Source: a virus
Direction: 5' to 3' (one strand)
Virus record (IMG/VR): IMGVR_UViG_3300020347_000003
Location: 1-64,000 of that record
Length of the DNA: 64,000 bases
In this document: piece after piece, positions 47,897 to 57,172 of the stretch
How positions within the stretch are numbered: the stretch's first letter is position 1
How the letters are laid out: every line of letters begins with the position of its first letter
Notes under the pieces: generated by a model
What the model was told of the DNA's origin: nothing
Database searches by the model: none
The model's input: only the letters and a program-made list of their open reading frames with translations
Made by a program: the position numbers and the translations under genes

Positions 47897-49654
47897 CTAT
47901 TTAACCTTAGCAGCAAGATCCTTATCTGCCTTGCCCCATGTTCCTTTAGATTTAGTAGCAAAACTATTTACTCTTGCAAGACCCCATTGAGTTGGAGTAG
48001 TGCCAGGTCTGTGACCTGTTCTCCAAGCTGCAACACCCCGATCAAATACTTTCTTTAAAATTCCATAAGGCATTCCTGATTTTGCAGCCTTATCTTTTAA
48101 TGCTTTTTCTGGGTTACTCTCAAAGATGAACTCGACAGATTCTGCAAGATCAAGTACCTCTGACATAATATCAAATTCTTCGGTCTTGGTTGCTACGAGT
48201 ACCTTTTCGAATTCAGCCTGTTGCTTGAGCCACTTTTCTTTCCATGCCTTATAGACCTTAAAGCGATTATCGAATTTAACTCCGCCCTTTCCAGCCATTA
48301 GCATGTGTGGTCGCTTTTTTGGCATCATATCTCTCTTTGAAGCCTCCGTAACCTCATTGCGTTTGCTTTTCTGATATGACTTATATTCTTTACGTCTCTC
48401 TGCATCTGCTTTCTTCTCTGCAGGAGTCATCTGCGATACTGGTTTCTTGCGCTCTCCATACATATCCTTAAATCTCTTGGTATGCTTAGATGGTTTGGTT
48501 CCTTTTTCTCGAGCTTCTTTATCACCAGGTGCATCAGTGTATGCTGCCGGATTGTCATCATCTACCTTGGTCTTTCTTTTGAAATGTGCCTCACGATCGT
48601 CTTTCTTATCTTGTGCGACACCTGTGTAGTACTTAGAGGATTCTTCAACGTCAATTTTCTTTGACATTCTTTCTTTCTCAGCCGCTTTTACAGCAGGTAA
48701 TTTCTTCTTGACCATATTCTTAATTTTGGCACCAGAAATTTTCTTAATCTTTTTTTCGATTGCTTGTTTCTGAGATATGGAAAGATCAGCGTAATTCTTA
48801 CCCTTTGCAAACTTATCCTTTAGGGCCTTCTTTACCTGCTTTTCAGCACGACCTTTTAACTTCTCCTTTCCAGCCTTTTTCTTCATTGATCGAGCTCTTG
48901 CACGAGCAATCTTCTTGCCATGTTTCTTCATGACGATGGCTCTCTTTCGTCTTTGAGCCATATCCATAACCTCGTCTAAGGTCATTTCTTCGTTAATATC
49001 TTCATCGATACCCATACCATTCCTCACTGCATCGAGTACTTGTTGTGCTTTAGATTGTAATCTTTTGGGAAGACCTTTCTTAAATGTATTAAGATCATTA
49101 TCTGCCGCTAGAGCTCTCATTTTAGAGGCTGACATACCAGATACGTCATCGGCGTCTGGGTCTCGTTCTCCCGCAGAAATAACTTCTATTGAATCAAATG
49201 TGTAGTCTTTACCGTTATACTTATTTAAGAGTGTTTTAAACTCTCCCACACGATCTGAACCCACGACCAAGACCATATTCTTATATTGTCTTTGCAATTG
49301 AGCAGCAACTTGAATAATGGTCTTTGCAGATGATTTTACAACGATTTTACCAAATGCTGCTTGAGCAAACTTGATCTTATCATCGTACGAAAGGGGGTTC
49401 TTTTTGGGATCTGAGGAATGCGAAAGATAGATTGCTGGGACAGCCTTTCTGGCTTTTGCCTCTGAGGCTACCTTAAGGGCTAATTTTTCATGCCCTGATG
49501 TTACGGGGTTCATTCTGCCCCACGATACTACAACAGTATCCGATTTGGCTGCCTCATCAAGTTCTGGTTTCGTGTTAATATACTTCGAACCACTTTTGAT
49601 AGCATCAGCATCTTTCTTTTTGGACGATTTCTTTTTCTTAGCTTCCGGTTCCAT
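47897..49654 (-). CDS. Cytidylyltransferase-like (HxGH-class) nucleotidyltransferase with long basic C-terminal extension
   Basis: WGRMNPVTSGH, VGSDR, SAGERDPD, MSASKMR; start MEPEAK lies below the late promoter. Confidence 0.85.
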   Translation of the reverse strand: MEPEAKKKKSSKKKDADAIKSGSKYINTKPELDEAAKSDTVVVSWGRMNPVTSGHEKLALKVASEAKARKAVPAIYLSHSSDPKKNPLSYDDKIKFAQAAFGKIVVKSSAKTIIQVAAQLQRQYKNMVLVVGSDRVGEFKTLLNKYNGKDYTFDSIEVISAGERDPDADDVSGMSASKMRALAADNDLNTFKKGLPKRLQSKAQQVLDAVRNGMGIDEDINEEMTLDEVMDMAQRRKRAIVMKKHGKKIARARARSMKKKAGKEKLKGRAEKQVKKALKDKFAKGKNYADLSISQKQAIEKKIKKISGAKIKNMVKKKLPAVKAAEKERMSKKIDVEESSKYYTGVAQDKKDDREAHFKRKTKVDDDNPAAYTDAPGDKEAREKGTKPSKHTKRFKDMYGERKKPVSQMTPAEKKADAERRKEYKSYQKSKRNEVTEASKRDMMPKKRPHMLMAGKGGVKFDNRFKVYKAWKEKWLKQQAEFEKVLVATKTEEFDIMSEVLDLAESVEFIFESNPEKALKDKAAKSGMPYGILKKVFDRGVAAWRTGHRPGTTPTQWGLARVNSFATKSKGTWGKADKDLAAKVK

Positions 49655-49694
49655 CTTTCCCTTGGCCTTATTGTTTGAATAGAGGTAACTGTTA

Positions 49695-49702
49695 TATTTA
49701 TA
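49695..49702 (-). promoter_or_regulatory. T4 late promoter
   Basis: TATAAATA. Confidence 0.65.
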
Positions 49703-49715
49703 ATAAAATGAGTCT

Positions 49716-50459
49716 TTATTTCGATTTTGTGGTGTTGACAGGGTGATGAGTTGCGCCATCTCCCTTATAGTTCTGTCCAAACGATTCAACCCACTTATAA
49801 TTCATCACAGAAGAACATTCCCATATCGTAGAGTCGCGGATCCAACCAATTGCAGCAGTGGGGTCCATGATTGCCATCGGTACCTGTGTGAAACCTTTCC
49901 TGCTACCAAGAAAGTACATATTATCAACAGCAGATACGACACCATGCATTTCGATTTCATCTAGCATATCTTTAGCTGCATGCCATGAGATGGCATATGC
50001 GTGTGCCCCCTCGTGTCCATGAATTCTTCGCAGATATCTTGGTGGTCCTGATTCCACGTGATCAAAGTTTTCAGGATCTGGAGCCTTATAACCAAGAACA
50101 ATAATTTCACCATTGCGAATGGGTACTGGTCTTGGGTCATGCAACATAATTGCATCATGCTCAAGAATCACAGCTGTTTCTTTGTTATCACGAATTTTCT
50201 TCCATATCTTCGCGTGACCGGCAGTACAAAGTTGTGCTGCAGCTACCCAGGTGGTTCGATTAATATGTCTCTTTAGACCAATCGAATTCCATGCTGCATT
50301 AGGATCTACCTGATAGAAACCTTCAAAGTATTCCCACGGTAATCCTACTTTATCGCAAGATTCTGCTGCAGTCTTTGCATAGGCATAAGATGTCTCAGTC
50401 GGTACCCTGAGAATATAAGCCTTGTCAATTGTACTTCTACCTCTATCTACGTCTGTCAT
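49716..50459 (-). CDS. Glycosyltransferase family 25-like
   Basis: C..GH.KIW, ILEHDA, GAHAYAIS..AA..ML, VD. Confidence 0.8.
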   Translation of the reverse strand: MTDVDRGRSTIDKAYILRVPTETSYAYAKTAAESCDKVGLPWEYFEGFYQVDPNAAWNSIGLKRHINRTTWVAAAQLCTAGHAKIWKKIRDNKETAVILEHDAIMLHDPRPVPIRNGEIIVLGYKAPDPENFDHVESGPPRYLRRIHGHEGAHAYAISWHAAKDMLDEIEMHGVVSAVDNMYFLGSRKGFTQVPMAIMDPTAAIGWIRDSTIWECSSVMNYKWVESFGQNYKGDGATHHPVNTTKSK

Positions 50460-51127
50460 GATAATTGCAGTCCTGTTTCCAATTCAATAATTTTTTCAAA
50501 ATCTTTTTCATAATATCTTTTCACTGCGTCCATTGTTTTCTGGTCGTAGTATTGATCAATCAAATCAGCGTCTTTTGGTGTAAACCCCGATTTAAATTTT
50601 TGGAGATCATTCTGTGGTACTACATTATGCTGTTTGGCAAATGCATCTACATATCTGTCTAGTTTATTATATAACCACCAATCGCCATAGTCAACATCAC
50701 CCACACGGGCATAATCCGTCTGTAGTATTCTATTCGATGGATCTGATTCGTGTCTACCCTCTTTGAACAGATGTCTAAATTCACTGACACTCTTTTCTCG
50801 GCCTCGTCTCAAAAAGAAATAGAGGCTTAGTTGTCTCATCAACGGATCACGAATTACTGATATAACTCGCTTACTGGCCAATTCACTTGGGCCGACAACG
50901 TTATTACGAAATAACTCATCGAGCGTTAAATGAATGAATCGATAATTCAACTGGTATTTTTTAAGGAGTCGAGGGTCAACATTATGACTTGGAATGCCGC
51001 AGTCGTTGACCTCAGTCCATTTATCATTCATATCACAGAAATTTTGTATAAAGAATTGAGCAAGACTAGAGCTTGCATTCTTTGGGATTCTGAGATATAC
51101 AAAATTGTATCGTTCACATATTACCAT
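50456..51127 (-). CDS. Sulfotransferase family 2-like
   Basis: IPKNASSS PAPS motif, IRDP..RQLS.Y, YYEKDF. Confidence 0.82.
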   Translation of the reverse strand: MVICERYNFVYLRIPKNASSSLAQFFIQNFCDMNDKWTEVNDCGIPSHNVDPRLLKKYQLNYRFIHLTLDELFRNNVVGPSELASKRVISVIRDPLMRQLSLYFFLRRGREKSVSEFRHLFKEGRHESDPSNRILQTDYARVGDVDYGDWWLYNKLDRYVDAFAKQHNVVPQNDLQKFKSGFTPKDADLIDQYYDQKTMDAVKRYYEKDFEKIIELETGLQLS

Positions 51128-51129
51128 TA

Positions 51130-51681
51130 CTACCTCATTTTTGTCATAGAAGGCGAGTCCAATGCACTTGTAATGCATTGTAAGCTATCATATCTGATTT
51201 CACCAAACAGATGCCGTTGCAGCCCATCAATCTTACCAATGTTCTTATTTATCATGTCATTAAAAGACAGCACGTAGACATCATTTTGCTTACCCCATAG
51301 TTCAATTTCGTTTAAACGAAGGGGTGGGGTTTTTCTACCCGTGGCCTCATTCCATCGCTCATACGATTCTAAAATTTCTTCTCTATCTCTCAGCAGGAGA
51401 ATCTTTTTTGTATCCTGCAGTAAGGTTTGCCTTTGACTATCATAAGGTAGGTGGGATACAGCAAAGGTATCATCCCTCAGATATGTGATTGCGTCTTTGA
51501 ATTTGAGCTTTCGTGTGAACTTACCTGGATTCGTTCTGGCCTCATCCATCTTATCAGCTTTGTATTTCTGAAAATTGTTTGGGTTGAAGTGCATGTAGCT
51601 CTGTTCTATACCAAACTCTACTAATAGATTGCTACACAGATAGGTACCTGCTTTAGGTAGACTAATAATCAGTGTCTTCAT
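51130..51681 (-). CDS. Sulfotransferase-like protein
   Basis: SLPKAGTY, SH, LRD..E.L.S. Confidence 0.7.
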   Translation of the reverse strand: MKTLIISLPKAGTYLCSNLLVEFGIEQSYMHFNPNNFQKYKADKMDEARTNPGKFTRKLKFKDAITYLRDDTFAVSHLPYDSQRQTLLQDTKKILLLRDREEILESYERWNEATGRKTPPLRLNEIELWGKQNDVYVLSFNDMINKNIGKIDGLQRHLFGEIRYDSLQCITSALDSPSMTKMR

Positions 51682-52168
51682 GGTATTTTAACCCAACGTT
51701 TTTGTTATTTTCAATGTGAAGTCGGGACCCCTTTGGTGCATGAATTATTGTAGATACATCAATTAATTCATTCCAAAAGCGAATCCATTCGGTATTCAAG
51801 TCAGCTGCAATTGCTTGTCTCACCCAAGAATCTTTATTGAATACTCTATCCGTAGATGATACCCAATTATTTGAGAACAATAAATCAAAACCATACAGTT
51901 CAAACTCATCATATCCTTCTGTTCTCAAATGATTATATGCATTATGACCAGTATTCCAAGCCACATTGATACCACCTTTCTGTGTCATAAATGGCTTAGG
52001 TAATACCTTTAATTTTGGATTGTTCTTTTGTCTCTTTATGACCTTTTGATCACTGGCAAATATCACATCGACATCTGCCTCTGTCATATTAAAGCCCACC
52101 TTATACCCCTCTAAATCGGACGAATAATACTTACTCGATGGGCCATTGCCTAACAGAATTGCTTTCAT
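51662..52168 (-). CDS. Sialyltransferase/MptE-like Rossmann protein
   Basis: LLGNGPS, GFN, NTG..A, LYGFD. Confidence 0.65.
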   Translation of the reverse strand: MKAILLGNGPSSKYYSSDLEGYKVGFNMTEADVDVIFASDQKVIKRQKNNPKLKVLPKPFMTQKGGINVAWNTGHNAYNHLRTEGYDEFELYGFDLLFSNNWVSSTDRVFNKDSWVRQAIAADLNTEWIRFWNELIDVSTIIHAPKGSRLHIENNKNVGLKYHEDTDY

Positions 52169-52689
52169 GCGAGCAAATCACGCTCACGATACCGACCAGT
52201 CGTCCTCACTACAGTAGGAATATCACCACGTAAATCCTCAATGATATCTACCCACTCCTGATGTGATTTCAGAGTACAGTGTGCGTTCTCACCATTGGGT
52301 AATATGGCTTTGGCAGGTGAGGTTGCGATTTGGAAATACACAAATTTGGTAGCGTAACTGTAAATTTCTTTGATGACATCACGGACATACATTTCGGGTA
52401 TGTGTTCCAATACATCTGTATTAATCACAGCATCCCATTCACCTATTGGTTTATTGTTGAACATTCTAACGCCCGGATCATATCGATAGAGCTCTACAAG
52501 ACCCCAATACTGATGTAGATTATGTGGAGGATTATATTGGGTGCCATGACCACAGCCATAATCAATCAAAGATTTGCAACGAAACTGTTCTAGCATTTCT
52601 TTAATGTCATCCTTTGCTCTAATGACCGGATCATTATTTTCATATCCGCCATTGTCATAGAACTCTTGGTATTGCTCTAAGTATTTCAT
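52165..52689 (-). CDS. Class I SAM methyltransferase
   Basis: IDYGCGHG, YDPG, DVLEHIPE, GENAH. Confidence 0.88.
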   Translation of the reverse strand: MKYLEQYQEFYDNGGYENNDPVIRAKDDIKEMLEQFRCKSLIDYGCGHGTQYNPPHNLHQYWGLVELYRYDPGVRMFNNKPIGEWDAVINTDVLEHIPEMYVRDVIKEIYSYATKFVYFQIATSPAKAILPNGENAHCTLKSHQEWVDIIEDLRGDIPTVVRTTGRYRERDLLA

Positions 52690-53408
52690 TCTGGTCCTTT
52701 TAATATATGATGTAGATCAAAATCAACTTTCATCTTATCTTTGTGATTTCGGTGATAGTGGATAAGGCTTGCATCAAAGCGTTTTTCGATTGGATTCAGT
52801 CCCAAATGATAATTAAACTGTACTGGTAATGCTGAGTGCTTACCCTGATTACGAATCAGACTGTTTATTATGCCTTGATCAAAACCACCCATTTGATTCT
52901 CTAGGCTGGTTCTTTGCTTGTCTCTTTCTTCAATTGTTTGTGCAAATTCGAACATCTCGTCGTACATGCTTCGAGGGAATATTACGACACCCGAATTGAT
53001 ATGACCATGTTTACCGAACCACTCCAACCCAGGCTTATTTTTCCACCGATTTGTCGACATCATCCACCAAGCAGAAATTGCATTGGTATCTGCATGATCG
53101 AAAACATTTTGAGACTTTTTTGTGGCGAGAATATCACTATCGATGAAACAAAGATAGTCAAAATTATGAAACCATTCACGTGTACCCTGGTCCATAAAGG
53201 GGGTAAAGATGCCGTAAAAGGGAGGGATGTTATTAGGTAAATCGTGATCGAAAAAAGAATATGTAGCCCCGACTCTTTCTGCATATGCTGATATGGATGC
53301 TCGGGACATTTTATGGTAACCAGTGCCTGTTTTTACATACGCACCGGCTCGAGACTTTACAAGTACTTCTTGGTTTGGATCTCTATAATATTGGTAAATT
53401 AAATTCAT
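52686..53408 (-). CDS. GT-A glycosyltransferase (GT8/GT34-like)
   Basis: FIDSDI, INSGVV, DQGIIN, FN, IHY. Confidence 0.8.
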   Translation of the reverse strand: MNLIYQYYRDPNQEVLVKSRAGAYVKTGTGYHKMSRASISAYAERVGATYSFFDHDLPNNIPPFYGIFTPFMDQGTREWFHNFDYLCFIDSDILATKKSQNVFDHADTNAISAWWMMSTNRWKNKPGLEWFGKHGHINSGVVIFPRSMYDEMFEFAQTIEERDKQRTSLENQMGGFDQGIINSLIRNQGKHSALPVQFNYHLGLNPIEKRFDASLIHYHRNHKDKMKVDFDLHHILKGPE

Positions 53409-53525
53409 AACAAAAAAATATTCAACCTTTAGATATTAATATTGTCAATCCCATAATACAACGCACCGAAAAAGAGTAGAATCAATGCTAAATCTTTCCA
53501 ATCTTTAGGACTCTTAGGATCAAAC

Positions 53526-53714
53526 TCACTCATTTTCATCCGATTCTGAATACTGATCAGGGAATTGTTCTCTATGTGCTGTAAGCATTAGTTCCTCAGT
53601 ATCAAACTCCTGTACAGTAGCGTCATCACGATACGATACAACAGTAGATTCGCTTAAAGAAAATGCTCCATCGTTGATGATAAAATGACCTTCTGTTTTA
53701 GTTAATATAGCCAT
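53526..53714 (-). CDS. Small acidic hypothetical protein
   Basis: 62 aa; coupled to the BspA-like gene. Confidence 0.55.
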   Translation of the reverse strand: MAILTKTEGHFIINDGAFSLSESTVVSYRDDATVQEFDTEELMLTAHREQFPDQYSESDENE

Positions 53715-54880
53715 TATGCTGATCCTCCATCATAGAATGTCCAGTTATCGTTAGTGATCAAACTAGTTCTTGCCGTCTCGGCCGCACCACCTGCTGTATA
53801 TTGACTGGATCCAAAGAAGGCTTTAGCATTAGTAAACCCTACATTTTGAGCTTCCCAATTAATTAACAGTGCATCATAACGTGCTGTGGGCAGAGCAACA
53901 GGCGCTACTACAAAGTCGGAGAGGGATGAGTAATATGTGTTTAGAGCTGATATATCAAGGTTCTCAACGCCAATAACATCAAAAGTAGCAGCATCTCTAC
54001 CTGTAAATTCAAACAAACCATTCATTGATAGAACACTTGAGGTATCCCAACCACTCACATCAATCGATGCACAATTATAACAATTTCTAAATAACTCATT
54101 CAAGAATCGGAAGGATGAGGTATCCCAACTACTTAAATCAATCGATGTAAGACTATAGCAACTGTAAAACATCAGATCCGCCCGAGTAACATTTGATGTA
54201 TCCATAGTACTTAGATCAACCGATGTTAGATTGTCACAATTTCGAAGCATATAGGTCAGACTATCAAGAGATGAAGTATCACAAACACCACTAGTAAAGC
54301 TAGTCATGTTAGAGCATCCACTAAATGAGTACCTAAGATCCTGCCAGCCTACTTTACCAAGGTTAGTTACTGCAATAACTTTCGTGCAGTCAGCTCCGGT
54401 GTGCCCGGAAAAGACTCCGTTGCCAGCGTTGAACTTTATGCTAGGGAACGTGCCAGTGATACTGATTGAGTGATCTCCAGCAGATGCATATGTGTGTATT
54501 AAACCGGAGTCAGTGTATGACGTAGCTGTTGTTGTTGAACCATCACCCCAATCGATAGTTGCATCAATTGTTAAATTACTGACAGGTATAGTCATTGACT
54601 CATTAGATGTTGTAGTCCTAACAGTCATTTGAAATGGTGCTACATCATCCTCATCACCTTTTGCGTCCCAAAATCCTTTACTTAATTCACCTCTGTTTAT
54701 ATCACCAGTATCACCAACTTTACGAACTTTAATATAAGTTAGTTGGGCAGTGCCGCCTGGAGGTGTAAATGTTCTAATTCCTGCTGCCACTGTTCCGTTT
54801 GCATCAGAGTATGTGTCTGCTGCTGTAGCTGCATCATCATATTCCCAATTAGGGTTGTTTGGAATTGCTACGAATGCCAT
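53714..54880 (-). CDS. BspA/DUF285 leucine-rich-repeat surface protein with PKD-like domain
   Basis: IDWGDGS..HTY...G.H; ~26-aa repeats LTSIDLSSWDTS.V..M..MF; YDALLI.W; W.F.DGG. Confidence 0.85.
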   Translation of the reverse strand: MAFVAIPNNPNWEYDDAATAADTYSDANGTVAAGIRTFTPPGGTAQLTYIKVRKVGDTGDINRGELSKGFWDAKGDEDDVAPFQMTVRTTTSNESMTIPVSNLTIDATIDWGDGSTTTATSYTDSGLIHTYASAGDHSISITGTFPSIKFNAGNGVFSGHTGADCTKVIAVTNLGKVGWQDLRYSFSGCSNMTSFTSGVCDTSSLDSLTYMLRNCDNLTSVDLSTMDTSNVTRADLMFYSCYSLTSIDLSSWDTSSFRFLNELFRNCYNCASIDVSGWDTSSVLSMNGLFEFTGRDAATFDVIGVENLDISALNTYYSSLSDFVVAPVALPTARYDALLINWEAQNVGFTNAKAFFGSSQYTAGGAAETARTSLITNDNWTFYDGGSA

Positions 54881-56118
54881 TATTTTTGCCAGCCTTTAAT
54901 GTATTTGTCTGAGAAGTTAGCAAGACTGAATTGTAGACGATCGACCAATTTAAGTGAACCTGTACCTAAATGGTCGATCGCTACGAACCCTTCTTGACCT
55001 GTCACTTCAAAACCTTTCTTAGTCTTGAGCAAAGTCCTTAAACCTCCAACAGTATCGAGTTTGGCTATTACCAACAATTTCGCATCGACCAAAATATTAT
55101 ATAGGGTGAACACTTTTTGTAGCTCTTTTAGATTGCGCTTGGTAAAGATTGAAAGCGCGGCATCTCGTTTTGCAGTTTGTGCATCTTTCCCTTTCTTCGT
55201 TTTTTTACTGTCGATTTGACCTTGGTAATATTCTTCAATATCACGTTGAAGTTCGATCACAAAGCCAGCGGCATCACCGATACGGGAGCCCTGTCTGACT
55301 TTCTTGTTAATGAATACATTGGTTCGGCTGTTTAAATCTTCATTCGTGCCGAGTTCGTTGAGTACTTTTGAATTAATAGATCTGAATAGGGTCCCAGCTT
55401 GGGACAAGAGTGAAGTGAATTCTGCAGTCTCTGTACCGGTAAATGTGGCTGTACCAGAGCGATCTTCAAATGTAGCATCTACACTCCAAACAGAATTTAC
55501 TGTTTTGAGGCTTGGGACAATCGCCTTTCCAAAACTTGCTTGCATTGATTCAAAGTCTGATCCTCGGTATGTTGTGTGCCAAACCACACCAATTTTGGAT
55601 CGTTTAATTTGTTTAGCAAGAGCGCTTTTCGCTGGTATCGCATAAACAATCGTATTAGGATGGAAAGTAATATGCGATTCTCCATCAATAGTTTCCGTTT
55701 TAATATCTTCTGACGTATAGAGGAAATCACCTTGAACTACTCCTTCACTAATGCCAAGTTTACTCAACTCAGCCAAGGCGACCTTGAATTTAGCATTCAG
55801 ATCACCAGATAAATCATTATCAATTTCATCGTCTGTTTTATAAATCTTGGGAGTCTTATTAAAAACACCCTTCTTCGCAATAAAGAATTTATCATCGCTT
55901 GGATCGACTCCAGCAAAGATTGCCGGAGCCCCATCCCACTTAACCGATATTGTCACCGGTGCCGAGGCATTACCAGCCAACATATCACGAAGAGCTCGTA
56001 AATAGTTAATGACGTTTCGGGTTCCTTTTACTCCACCATCAATTACTGCATCTTCAAGATGCGTCATGTGTAGGTTCTTACCCGATGCTTCTTCCAGATA
56101 TTGCCTAAATTTAATCAT
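54880..56118 (-). CDS. DUF6267-like protein with ATP-dependent ligase motifs
   Basis: HMTHLED, VKWDGAPA, QGDFLY, EGFVA, LKLVDR..FS..NF. Confidence 0.75.
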   Translation of the reverse strand: MIKFRQYLEEASGKNLHMTHLEDAVIDGGVKGTRNVINYLRALRDMLAGNASAPVTISVKWDGAPAIFAGVDPSDDKFFIAKKGVFNKTPKIYKTDDEIDNDLSGDLNAKFKVALAELSKLGISEGVVQGDFLYTSEDIKTETIDGESHITFHPNTIVYAIPAKSALAKQIKRSKIGVVWHTTYRGSDFESMQASFGKAIVPSLKTVNSVWSVDATFEDRSGTATFTGTETAEFTSLLSQAGTLFRSINSKVLNELGTNEDLNSRTNVFINKKVRQGSRIGDAAGFVIELQRDIEEYYQGQIDSKKTKKGKDAQTAKRDAALSIFTKRNLKELQKVFTLYNILVDAKLLVIAKLDTVGGLRTLLKTKKGFEVTGQEGFVAIDHLGTGSLKLVDRLQFSLANFSDKYIKGWQK

Positions 56119-57122
56119 ATCTTTTTACTTGTCCTTGACAGCTTTGCCTTCGGGAAGATACCAACACGGGCATTCTTCACTACCTGCCCTGCTGCTCTAG
56201 CATCACCTCGTCGGGCTTGATATCGAATAAAGAAATAAGCCTCATATTCGCCTCGTGGGAAATCACCATTATTACCCTTGTGAGTTGATACGATCTTATA
56301 AGGTCCGGCACCAGAACCTACCAGAGACATATTGCCTAGGTGGAATTCATCGACGTTACTAATACTGGCAGCACCACCGTATTCGGGTCCATAGATTGCT
56401 TCGAAAACAAGTTGTCGGTCCTTAATCTTACGATAGAAAGAATCACCTGATTTGAGACCATCTGGTCGGGCTGCTGCTACATCCTTCATAAAACTTTGGA
56501 CATCTCTATTTGCCTTATATCGCTTAGAAGATAAACCACCATATTGTTGATAATCTTTTGCAGATTTACCAGCCTTATGTGAGATATATGCCTGAGGATC
56601 ACCTTGGACATTCACCAATGTAAAATCTGATTTTGGTTCTTTGCCTTCAAACTTACCACTTGTACTGGCAAGGTGAGCTGCATCAACTGTACGACCATTG
56701 ATTTCAATTTGTATTGAAGGAAGATTCTCTTTTGCAAGTATGACTGCCAACTTATCGTTGAAATCAGCCCTTGCAAGTTCTTCTGCACTGGTACCAGATC
56801 CTTGACCCTTACCACCAAACGATGGAGTCTTCAAGAAGTCTTTAGGTATGACCAAAGGACCTCGGTTAGTGTTGACTGTCATTTTTGATTTATTGGCAGG
56901 AAACTTACCATCATCGGCAGTCATGAAATCAGTAACATCTTGTAACTCAGTTACGTCAATAATGACCTCTCCGTTGTCAACAGTGGCGAAAGGTGAGGCA
57001 GTGGCCACTTTCTTAATGAAGTTTTTTGGCCGGTTCTCGTCTTTGCGGAGGTCTGGTATTGTCAATTTCCGATATGGAATTGCAGCCTCAACGAGTTGTG
57101 AGAACCTTCTAAAGCGTAGCAT
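56115..57122 (-). CDS. Late protein, possible PD-(D/E)XK nuclease fold
   Basis: E...PKSDF...ISHK...QQYGG. Confidence 0.6.
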   Translation of the reverse strand: MLRFRRFSQLVEAAIPYRKLTIPDLRKDENRPKNFIKKVATASPFATVDNGEVIIDVTELQDVTDFMTADDGKFPANKSKMTVNTNRGPLVIPKDFLKTPSFGGKGQGSGTSAEELARADFNDKLAVILAKENLPSIQIEINGRTVDAAHLASTSGKFEGKEPKSDFTLVNVQGDPQAYISHKAGKSAKDYQQYGGLSSKRYKANRDVQSFMKDVAAARPDGLKSGDSFYRKIKDRQLVFEAIYGPEYGGAASISNVDEFHLGNMSLVGSGAGPYKIVSTHKGNNGDFPRGEYEAYFFIRYQARRGDARAAGQVVKNARVGIFPKAKLSRTSKKI

Positions 57123-57158
57123 TGATTATCCTATTATAGTATAGACCCATATTGAATC

Positions 57159-57166
57159 TATTTATA
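57159..57166 (-). promoter_or_regulatory. T4 late promoter
   Basis: TATAAATA downstream of gp41. Confidence 0.65.
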
Positions 57167-57172
57167 ATCATT

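Noticed and set aside
49655-49789. N-terminal 45 aa of the 630-aa ORF
   Set aside because: Contains the late promoter and overlaps the upstream gene; true start is probably 49654
53950-54330. ~78-bp degenerate repeats as a possible array or diversity-generating retroelement target
   Set aside because: They are the coding LRR repeats of the BspA-like protein; no reverse transcriptase in the window
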